Positions 56,283 to 64,000 of a stretch of 64,000 nt of DNA are shown one piece after another; position 1 is the first letter of the stretch; every line of letters starts with the position of its first letter. Where the stretch lies: positions 32,348 through 96,347 of IMG/VR virus record IMGVR_UViG_3300037755_000850. One strand, written 5' to 3'. The notes under the pieces are model-generated. The model saw only the letters and a program-made list of their open reading frames with translations. It was not told the DNA's origin and did not search any database. The DNA comes from a virus. A program made the translations under genes and the position numbers.

Positions 56283-58553
56283 TTATCGTCCCTCATAAAC
56301 ATTGGCAAAAGGCGGCTCCAGCAGCTCTGGTTCCGCCTCCGGAACGATGCCGCCCTGGGTGGCAAGACCCATCGGCATCGGTTGATTGTTACCACCACCG
56401 CGATAGACCGGCAGCGACGGCAGAGATGGCAATTGCGGCCCTGACAGATCCGGCCCGACCAGGAACGGATTATCAAACTCCGAGGGCGGCGGCAGGCGTG
56501 AAAGCTCATCACGTCTTGCCGTATCAGCCTCAATGGCTTCGGCTTGCGCCTGATCCAGCTTGGCTTGACCCATCTCTGACGCCGCCTTGGCAATATCGAG
56601 GACGGCACCGACACGCTCTGATGCGGTTTTGGCTTCATCAAGCCCTGCCCCTGCCAAGGTTTTCTTGGCTCTGGATTGCAGGTCGATGATTTCGGCCTTG
56701 CCCTTTTCCATAACCAGTTGCTTTTGCATCGCGGCTTCTGGGTTGGGCTCGGAAGCAAGCTGTTTCATTGCTTCGACAAATTTGGCTGGTAGTGGCGAGT
56801 ACTCTAAGATCATCATCGCGATTTCCGGCGTCAGCATGTCGCGGAACATCGGCAGCATCTGCATCAGGATGCCCCAAGTCTGCTCTTTCTGGTTCGGTGA
56901 GGTCGGCGCATCATCGACAATCACATCATAATTGCCGATGGTGTTGTCGCGCAGAAGCGGAATCAGGCGGAAATTCTCGCCACCAGAAATCCGGATCAAT
57001 CGACCATCGGACAGATAGTTCTGGATGTAATGCAGGCGAATGCGTCCAACTTCTTTACGGAAGCGCCGGAGACTGTCAAACAGGGTGGCCAGAATGGTCA
57101 ACGCGGCCTGCTTGCGCTGAGCTTCCAGAATGCCGGGCTGATTGGCATCGCGCATCCCCAGAAGTTCAAGATTGATACCAGTGACATCGCGGATCGAGGA
57201 TATTGCAAATTCGAGCAAGTTGACATAATGGCCAGACGCCATGGCAACGCCTGGCTTCTGCATGATCTTGTTTTTTTGAATGGCATCGCGCGCCGCCCAG
57301 GTGATTTCGTTGGGCTGTGCATAGCTGGCTTCGGCTTGGCGCTGATCGTCAAAGGCGTCAACCTCGGCGATGATCCCGCCCTTGGCGGTAGAATTGAGGA
57401 TATGCAGGGTCTGGCTCAACCACTTGTTTGCCCAAAGCTGGGGATCTCGCATGATCCTCGTCAGGCCGAACCAATAACCCTTGTTGCGATGTTTCTCGCC
57501 GGTGATGCAGGTGAAATTGAACCGGTTACCAGCGGGGCAATCCCTGATCGGGCCAAGGATGGAAGCCCCCAGAAAAGCCTGCTTGTATTTGCGCCTTGTC
57601 ATTGGGGCGGCAATGACATCAATCCCGAGCTTTTGAGCGCGGGATTTTAGCGTCATGAACTCGTCTTCGCTCAGGTCGGAGGTCTGATTGCCGCCAAAAT
57701 CAGCAACGCGCCAGTAACGCTCACGCTCCCACCATTGCACCTGGACGATATAGACTTCGGAACGGGGATCGAAAGGCAGTTCGACATTTTCATCACGCAA
57801 ACGGCGATCTTCGATCGGCTTGGGGTCACTGGTGTCGCCAAAACCTGCTGAGGCGGCCCATGCGGCGTTTAATTCACTATCAGGGACATTGACACCAAGC
57901 CCTTGCACAAAAGAACGGGCATCATCCAGAGACATTCGCCGCACCCGCCAGATCCGCCTGCCGTCGATGAGGTTCTTGGCTCTGGCATCGCGATCCCAAT
58001 ACATCTCCAGCGGATCAACCCGGCGCTCGATGTACTTGCCGTCCGGATCTTCCTCATGGTCGATGATGCTTTCAGACCAGCCCATCCCGCAAATCAGACT
58101 GTCCTGGAAGGCTTCAGACTGCTCGTCCTCGGCGTCGCAGCCGTCGCCCATCCACTGTGATGCCTGGCTCAGGATCTCGTTGATCTTGACATCGCCCTCA
58201 CCGGTATCGCGAGGAATGAAGATGGTTTCATGACGGCCATTGATCTCGATACCGGCAACAGCCTTGATGACGGAAAGGACACGGTTGAAGGTAATGACCG
58301 GGCGGCCCTGCGCCTCAAGTTCGCGCCTTACATCTTCTTCCCATTGATCGCCAGCAGCAAAGTCGTAATCTTCGCGCGCATTGGTGCGCCATTCATGCGA
58401 GTGCGCCGCATCAAGCTCAAACCATGATCGGAGCGTGCGGTAAAGGGTTTCACTCTCCAGAAGCGATGGCGGGACGTTATCGGTCTCTTCCAGATCGGCA
58501 AGGATGGCGTCCCGCTCGCTGATAACGGCTTGATCGACATTGGGATCATACAT
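56283..58553 (-). CDS. Portal protein (P22-like)
   Basis: WR..AREDYDFAAGDQW....GRP.ITFNR; DPQ...NK; YDVIVDDAPTSP. Confidence 0.9.
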   Translation of the reverse strand: MYDPNVDQAVISERDAILADLEETDNVPPSLLESETLYRTLRSWFELDAAHSHEWRTNAREDYDFAAGDQWEEDVRRELEAQGRPVITFNRVLSVIKAVAGIEINGRHETIFIPRDTGEGDVKINEILSQASQWMGDGCDAEDEQSEAFQDSLICGMGWSESIIDHEEDPDGKYIERRVDPLEMYWDRDARAKNLIDGRRIWRVRRMSLDDARSFVQGLGVNVPDSELNAAWAASAGFGDTSDPKPIEDRRLRDENVELPFDPRSEVYIVQVQWWERERYWRVADFGGNQTSDLSEDEFMTLKSRAQKLGIDVIAAPMTRRKYKQAFLGASILGPIRDCPAGNRFNFTCITGEKHRNKGYWFGLTRIMRDPQLWANKWLSQTLHILNSTAKGGIIAEVDAFDDQRQAEASYAQPNEITWAARDAIQKNKIMQKPGVAMASGHYVNLLEFAISSIRDVTGINLELLGMRDANQPGILEAQRKQAALTILATLFDSLRRFRKEVGRIRLHYIQNYLSDGRLIRISGGENFRLIPLLRDNTIGNYDVIVDDAPTSPNQKEQTWGILMQMLPMFRDMLTPEIAMMILEYSPLPAKFVEAMKQLASEPNPEAAMQKQLVMEKGKAEIIDLQSRAKKTLAGAGLDEAKTASERVGAVLDIAKAASEMGQAKLDQAQAEAIEADTARRDELSRLPPPSEFDNPFLVGPDLSGPQLPSLPSLPVYRGGGNNQPMPMGLATQGGIVPEAEPELLEPPFANVYEGR

Positions 58554-58728
58554 TATTGCGTTGTCCGTGGCAAAAAGCTATTGACACGCAAAATGTTAAG
58601 TGATTCGCGAGTTAAAACCTAAAGGTTTTTGAAGTAATACAACTATATCGTCTTGTTAATCTGGGAAAACAGGGCCGTTTTTCATGATTCTATCATTCCT
58701 GATTTGATTTTAGGATGGCTTGCCATGC

Positions 58729-59169
58729 TCAAAGCCAATCTATTCCTAAGCGCTTCAACCAAGTGGTGCGATCTTCTTCGCTGATCAGAGACGAGAAATA
58801 TTCGCTTTCATAGCGCTGGAGATTGCGTTTATATTGCATATGCATGGCAGCGGATAGAGAAATCGAATGCAAGGCGGCAATGTCCGGATCAAGCTGGCGC
58901 GCGGTGCGTTTGGCCCGCCAGTCCCATTCTTCCTTCTTGAACTTGGGGATGCCGGAGAATTTCAGGATCTCGACCAGTGCGCGGCCCTTGGGGCCGCTGG
59001 AGCGCTCATAGCCAAGCAACCCGCCGACTGCTTCGCGGTCAAGATCGCGATCAGCAATCAGTCCGGATACCCCCGCCAGTTTGGCTGCCTGTTTTTTGAG
59101 TTCCCCACCCGCCAGCGGCAGCGCCGCCATACGCCCCAGAAATCCCCGTCTACTTACCGAGCTTTTCAA
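58729..59169 (-). CDS. Hypothetical protein with Tat-like signal
   Basis: SRRGFLG motif. Confidence 0.55.
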   Translation of the reverse strand: MKSSVSRRGFLGRMAALPLAGGELKKQAAKLAGVSGLIADRDLDREAVGGLLGYERSSGPKGRALVEILKFSGIPKFKKEEWDWRAKRTARQLDPDIAALHSISLSAAMHMQYKRNLQRYESEYFSSLISEEDRTTWLKRLGIDWL

Positions 59170-59455
59170 GATATTTTTTCCTGTCGCTTACAGCCATCAT
59201 CTTGTCAAGACGATCCACCATCCGCTCCAACACCGGATATAGCGATGGCTCATCAATGATCTTGGCCTTGCATAGCTGATGGAGAGCTTTACGTCTAGTC
59301 CCGTGATCCAGCGGATCGGGATCTGGGGCAGGATTGCTACCCCATTTACGTGACCGACGCTGATAAACGATCGGGGCGATATAGTAATTTTCAGGAATGT
59401 TCAGGCTCTTGTGGATCTTCTTGATCACCGCTTCCTGCTGCTTCTTGTCCGTCAT
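59150..59455 (-). CDS. Hypothetical protein
   Basis: ORF in operon. Confidence 0.45.
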   Translation of the reverse strand: MTDKKQQEAVIKKIHKSLNIPENYYIAPIVYQRRSRKWGSNPAPDPDPLDHGTRRKALHQLCKAKIIDEPSLYPVLERMVDRLDKMMAVSDRKKYLEKLGK

Positions 59456-59746
59456 TCTGTTTGACACTCCCCTTTGAGGCCGGGAACCATTTCGGTGTCG
59501 GCCTGATCAGCTTCGCCTTGAAGTACACGTGCTTCATCAGGTAATCCAGCCTCTTGGTGGACAGGCGTCCGCTTTCCCAGGATTTGTCTTTCACGGCACC
59601 TCGATAGGAAATTGTAGATCAGGGACTCACGCACGCCGAGCAGATTGGCGATTTCAAGTGTTCCAAAACCATCATGCCAATATTTTATCGCCAAGGCTGG
59701 GTCAACCGCTGGTAACTGCCAGTGACTCTTGCTATCTTTGATATGT

Positions 59747-59962
59747 TTACTCGGAGGCATTTGCAAGTTTCTTCTTTGCAGCGTTGCGTTTCAGCTTGGT
59801 GGCATCGGCGTTATTCTCGGTCAACGCCTTGTCGATCCTGGTCACAAGATCGGCATGGGCGACATGGAACAAGCCTTTCGCCCCGCCGCCATCTTTCAGA
59901 TAAATCAGATTGTCTCTGACCCAGGCGTCAACGATATCGGTTGCCTTGTCTTGGAATTTCAT
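59747..59962 (-). CDS. Hypothetical protein
   Basis: RBS AAGGAG. Confidence 0.5.
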   Translation of the reverse strand: MKFQDKATDIVDAWVRDNLIYLKDGGGAKGLFHVAHADLVTRIDKALTENNADATKLKRNAAKKKLANASE

Positions 59963-60199
59963 TGTTCTTTCTCCTTAGTTTGCTTCCTGTCGCCATCATG
60001 GGCTTGGCCTTGGCGAGAGCTGCTCGGGCAGCATCAAACTCGTCCGTCTTCCGATCCGCGATGGCGAGAACACGTTCAAGTGCTTCGTACAGATCTTGAG
60101 CTATCAGATAATCCTTATCCTTAAAGTGTTCACTCAAGGAATATTCTGTTCCGACGCCGCACCACGGACAATTGAGTGTGAAATCATATTCAGTTTTCA

Positions 60200-62707
60200 T
60201 CATGCTGCCCATGGGTTACGGAAGGCCGGGCCTCGGGTCCGGCGCATCGGGATCTTGCGCTTCGAGAAGCCGTGGAATGTGAGGCAAAGCGCATCGGCCA
60301 GGTCCGGAGACTTCAGCGAACGTTCCTTCATATCCTTCTTGCTCTCAACCACGATCTTGCCGTTCGAATGGAAATCATAGGTCGGACTGGTCAGTTGTGC
60401 GATAAGCTTTTCATCGTTAGGGATTGAACAGTCCTTGGACTGAAACCATTCTCTACATCGCCACCATAGCTCATCTCTGAGCCGCATGCACTTTTCAACC
60501 GATGCCGCTCCCTCGCCGACATTGACACCGCGTGCGGGCAAGCCCAATTCACGCATCCTGTCAACAACGCCAGCACCGATCCCAATAACGTCGATGAGTA
60601 TTTCTTTTGGCTGCATATCTTCGTGAGTATTGATGTACTCATCATGAAGTATGCCAACTAACTGCATTAAATCTTTATTTTTCCACTCCTTGACAGGCTC
60701 CAATAGCCGATTAGCTTGCCTCTTGGCTAATGCACTGGAGTCATCTCCAAATCTAGCAACGTCCACACCCCATATCGGAATATAGTCTAGCGGCACGACC
60801 TCGCGGTCTACAGCGTCCAGAGCCCATTGCAACGGAATGACAACATCATCGGCAGCGGTTGGGAATAGGCCCTGTACTCTCACCCGATGGCGGTTTGAAT
60901 CTTTTCCATACGCAGCTATCACGTCCTCGATGTGATGGCGTGCTCTGGGAACATCCTCTGACGAAACGCGCCAGCACTTCCACCGATGACGCAAGCGATG
61001 ATGCGTGTCGAAAAAGAATCCGTCAGGCCGTGTCGGGTTGGACATCATGACGGCGGACGCACCTTCGGTTGACAGCGAGCCTTGCGCGACTTCAAATATA
61101 ATGTCTTCGATGCCCGATCCTTCGTCGATCAAAAAAAGTAAAAACTTGGCGTGGAACCCCTGTAGACTTTCTGGGTTGTGCTTACTTGCAGTTCTTCTCA
61201 CGATGAATGCCATCTCTGGCTCAGATCTTATGTATATTCTTTCTTGATCTACTTGAAGTTGATCTTGAAGCTCTACTGGAAGATGGCGAACCCATTTCCT
61301 AAGTTCTGGCCAAAAAGCATCCCTCAACTGGTCCTGGCTACTCGACGTTACTACACATTTACTGTCATAGCGTGTGAGTATCCACCATATTGCCAAAATA
61401 GACAGTGCCACAGTGTTATGGGTCGGAATATGATCTCTGGTGACGTAGAGCTTAGATGGATGCGCAACCGATATGCAGACGCAATCTGCGGTTCCGGCCT
61501 CTTCGACAGCGACAATGAAACGACCGAGCGTTCTGTCCTTATTTCTACTGCCGTGATGAGGATTATATTTCTCTGCCTTACGTGGAGATCTGAACGGCAT
61601 CAAATTCTCTGGCAGGGATATGAAGACGCGGTATGACCAGCGCTTATCGACTCCGTTTAGACGACCCTGACGCCCGCTCCGGCGCGCCACTCCCCCCAAC
61701 GACCGCACGATTTCGCTCACACCATCGGCAAGAGCTTCGGACGACGTATCGAAAGTTGCTGCATTATTGCCAGCTCCGGGCGTTCCATCTGTATCCATTA
61801 AACCTTGGAGAAGAGCGTGCCGTTGCTCCGGTGATGCATATAAATATATTTTTGGAATAAATTTGTCCCATGATCTAGCCTCTCCCAACCCAAGATCGCG
61901 CAACGCGCTCTTAATTGAGCTTGTGATTTTACCCAGAGCCACTGTGCTTCGTTCGGTTTTCTTGACAATTTTTAGACCATCATCTGATATTTCATCCGCG
62001 AACTCGGATGAAAAGTGCTCGATGTCTTCGGCGTTAAAGGAGATTGTTCCATTTCCTGCCGCCCCATTCCCCAGATAAGCCCCCAAGAAATAAGGAGGAA
62101 CGGGCAGGCTGACTTCTTCATGCTGGATTGGTCTTGAGAATTGAGGTAGGCGGTGATTGAGTCCTGTCCTTAATCCATTCGGAAAGGTCAGGCTCTTAGC
62201 AATCTCTTCCGTTGTCCTAATGCTCGGGGGTCTGCCACGTTTTCGTTCTAAGCGTGAGGTTGTCAACCAGAGGTGGTCTTCAACCGCAAAAGTAAATGTC
62301 CCATCATCAAGGACAACTTTGAATATTGGCTTCTCCCCTTGTGGGAACGTACCTGTGACCGTGGTGAAGCTACCATCAATGGTGGCGACCTTATCACCAG
62401 CCTTTAAGTTGCCAATTTCAATCCAACCGCTAGGAGTTAATACTGGCTCAACCATAGGTTGGGCTTTCCCGACGCCATGGCCCGCACTGATGGAATGCCT
62501 TGCGTCTGGTGCTGGCTTGCCGTCCGGCCCGATAAAGAAATTGGCCAACAGGTCATGCTGCCATTGCTCAAGCTGAAGATCCCCATCGGGGTTATCTACG
62601 CCAGCGGGCAAGAAGCCCAGCACCTTGGTTGCAAACAAGAGTGGATCGTCATAGCTGTTCTGCCAAGCGACCATCCAGTCTGGGATTTTCTGCTCAGTCG
62701 CGCTCAT
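60200..62707 (-). CDS. terL: Terminase large subunit with intein
   Basis: GHGVGK|T Walker A; QGFH...LIDEGSG; GVDVARFGDD; SPDLADAL. Confidence 0.93.
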   Translation of the reverse strand: MSATEQKIPDWMVAWQNSYDDPLLFATKVLGFLPAGVDNPDGDLQLEQWQHDLLANFFIGPDGKPAPDARHSISAGHGVGKAQPMVEPVLTPSGWIEIGNLKAGDKVATIDGSFTTVTGTFPQGEKPIFKVVLDDGTFTFAVEDHLWLTTSRLERKRGRPPSIRTTEEIAKSLTFPNGLRTGLNHRLPQFSRPIQHEEVSLPVPPYFLGAYLGNGAAGNGTISFNAEDIEHFSSEFADEISDDGLKIVKKTERSTVALGKITSSIKSALRDLGLGEARSWDKFIPKIYLYASPEQRHALLQGLMDTDGTPGAGNNAATFDTSSEALADGVSEIVRSLGGVARRSGRQGRLNGVDKRWSYRVFISLPENLMPFRSPRKAEKYNPHHGSRNKDRTLGRFIVAVEEAGTADCVCISVAHPSKLYVTRDHIPTHNTVALSILAIWWILTRYDSKCVVTSSSQDQLRDAFWPELRKWVRHLPVELQDQLQVDQERIYIRSEPEMAFIVRRTASKHNPESLQGFHAKFLLFLIDEGSGIEDIIFEVAQGSLSTEGASAVMMSNPTRPDGFFFDTHHRLRHRWKCWRVSSEDVPRARHHIEDVIAAYGKDSNRHRVRVQGLFPTAADDVVIPLQWALDAVDREVVPLDYIPIWGVDVARFGDDSSALAKRQANRLLEPVKEWKNKDLMQLVGILHDEYINTHEDMQPKEILIDVIGIGAGVVDRMRELGLPARGVNVGEGAASVEKCMRLRDELWWRCREWFQSKDCSIPNDEKLIAQLTSPTYDFHSNGKIVVESKKDMKERSLKSPDLADALCLTFHGFSKRKIPMRRTRGPAFRNPWAA
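61415..62464 (-). mobile_element. Class-3-type intein (350 aa) with LAGLIDADG endonuclease
   Basis: Starts Ala (AQP); DHLW, CVCI and PTHN/T; LGAYLGNG and LQGLMDTDG. Confidence 0.88.
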
Positions 62708-62938
62708 TCAGTCACTAGCGTCCGGTGCTGGCGGCAACGCCATCCAGTGGGTCACGGCATCATCGAAGCCGCAATCATTCATGTCCCACCAATAGTTTCT
62801 GGCGTAGGAAACTGTCTGCATTATTGGCGGATTGTCGCCTTCGCTACGGATATAAGCCAGAATTACCGTTCCGTCTCTTGGCGCGGTTTCGATGGGTTCC
62901 CAGTCTCTTCCCATGCGATCAGCACAGACCTGCCACAC
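62708..62938 (-). CDS. DUF551-like protein
   Basis: WEPIETAPRDGT...THWMALPPAP; start likely ATG 62914. Confidence 0.7.
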   Translation of the reverse strand: MWQVCADRMGRDWEPIETAPRDGTVILAYIRSEGDNPPIMQTVSYARNYWWDMNDCGFDDAVTHWMALPPAPDASD

Positions 62939-63083
62939 CGCACCATAGCCAGCGCGATTCCGGGTGATCGGCGAGGGCGAGCCCGTAAGATCCGAGCAGA
63001 AGCACGATAACCAGAACCAGCATCACCGTCCAGAAATGATGCTGCATCAAGTCAGAAAACTTGAGTTTGATCTTGTCAAGCAT
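62919..63083 (-). CDS. Small membrane protein
   Basis: RBS GGAG before MLDKIK; one TM helix. Confidence 0.45.
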   Translation of the reverse strand: MLDKIKLKFSDLMQHHFWTVMLVLVIVLLLGSYGLALADHPESRWLWCGVAGLC

Positions 63084-63165
63084 CGATTTTCTCCGATTTC
63101 TACTTAGCGAATCTCTGATTACCAAAAAAAAGTGCAAAAAACAAGAAAATAGTCTGTTTATCCAC

Positions 63166-63194
63166 TTGACAATGCTAACGGAAAGAATTATATT
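63166..63194 (+). promoter_or_regulatory. Strong sigma70-type promoter with A-tract upstream element
   Basis: TTGACA-17-TATATT; A-tracts at 63124-63150. Confidence 0.75.
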
Positions 63195-63199
63195 ACAAT

Positions 63200-63450
63200 C
63201 ATAGACGGAGCGATGGCCCGATACGGGCCGCCAGCTAGACTGAGGTGAGACCCTCGGACCCGACAAGGGAAAGCCAGAACCGACGTAGCGGCACAGGCGG
63301 ACAAGCGAAGCGGACCGGACGCGCAAGCAAGGACTTCCATCCTCCCGAGATCAGCCCCAAGCGAGGCAATGTGCGAAGCTATGCACGAACCGCCAGCGCC
63401 GGGTTGCTACTCATCCGATCTGACAGGCGGCAACGTCCTGGGATCAAACA
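63200..63450 (+). ncRNA. Structured leader or ncRNA candidate
   Basis: Several hairpins and long-range stems between the promoter and the first gene. Confidence 0.35.
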
Positions 63451-63465
63451 AAATGGAGCTTAATC

Positions 63466-63801
63466 ATGAATGAAGGTCTTATCATCGTCCCGCAGGCTGA
63501 CAATGACGGCAAACCCCTCGATGGCGTGAAACGCGATGTGATGGGGAGGCTGATCAATGCTTTCGGCGGGTGCCGGGTCGCCTCGGCAGAAGGCGCATGG
63601 GCTGATAGCGACGGCACGCTCTATATCGAGCCTGTCAATGAAATCACCACAGCCTATGAGCCCAATGATTACAATGACCAGAAACTCCGGCTTATCGCGC
63701 TGGAGTCCGGCATCGCAGGCAGGCAGATCGCCGTCTATGTCCGCTATGCCGGTGGCAAAGTCGAGATCCTTCAGATCAAGGCTAGTGTCAAAGCTGCATG
63801 A
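63466..63801 (+). CDS. Hypothetical phage protein
   Basis: RBS GGAG; DNDG...FGG......GAW motif. Confidence 0.7.
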   Translation: MNEGLIIVPQADNDGKPLDGVKRDVMGRLINAFGGCRVASAEGAWADSDGTLYIEPVNEITTAYEPNDYNDQKLRLIALESGIAGRQIAVYVRYAGGKVEILQIKASVKAA

Positions 63802-64000
63802 TCTCCCGGCCCTTCGGGGCCGTCTTTCAGATCGGATGAATAAAGCGAAAGCCTTCAAGGAATGATCTGAACCTGGAGGACTGAAAATGCCAAACTTCGA
63901 CCGATCCCCGGCAGAATGTGATCTCATCGGCCTGATAACCGAACGGGCGCTTACCCTTCCGTGGCCGCGACGCCCTGAGCGTCTCAGCCTCGAAATGGAC

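Noticed and set aside
50102-62464. Both inteins are exactly 350 aa
   Set aside because: Different classes and endonuclease families with no visible similarity; coincidence
63158-63166. DnaA box or replication origin (TTATCCACT)
   Set aside because: Single 8/9 match overlapping a -35 element; no box cluster
1-64000. Stop-codon reassignment or suppressor tRNAs
   Set aside because: Genes read intact in the standard code and no CUA, UUA or UCA anticodon was found; the TAA, TAG and TGA anticodons are ordinary Leu, Leu and Ser
1-64000. Integrase, att site or flanking host genes (prophage boundary)
   Set aside because: None recognised in this window; lifestyle cannot be determined here

Overview
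The window is part of a tailed dsDNA phage genome with podovirus-like morphogenesis genes. The host is very probably an alphaproteobacterium (Hyphomicrobiales/Caulobacterales/Rhodobacterales clade): the phage has a GcrA-like protein, an Omp25/RopB-like porin, a tRNA-His lacking G-1 and with A73, and a tmRNA-type GGCAGUA T-loop. The minus strand carries the late module: terminase large subunit with a class-3-type LAGLIDADG intein, P22-like portal, scaffold, and a major capsid protein (N4-gp56/DUF4043-like) split into three exons by two group I introns (one encodes an HNH endonuclease; P1 and P10 pairings are readable from the sequence). It continues with head decoration, adaptor and tail-nozzle proteins, ejection proteins including a 3872-aa modular polyvalent protein, tail fibres, a minimal adenylation-enzyme-like gene, a GH19 endolysin and spanins. 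Plus-strand accessory regions (1-14 kb, and a ~9.7-kb island between the scaffold and capsid genes) carry ParB-like proteins, a metallophosphoesterase, HNH, Nudix, a porin, a YadA-like adhesin, a HAD phosphatase, a ClpX zinc-finger protein, and an intein-containing RtcB with its receiver-like partner. About 16 tRNA loci are present, several structurally aberrant, interleaved with unassigned structured and tRNA-like RNAs. The best candidate for an undescribed system is this tRNA-replacement / tRNA-mimic / RNA-repair ensemble. All family calls come from motif recognition by eye; no database search was run.
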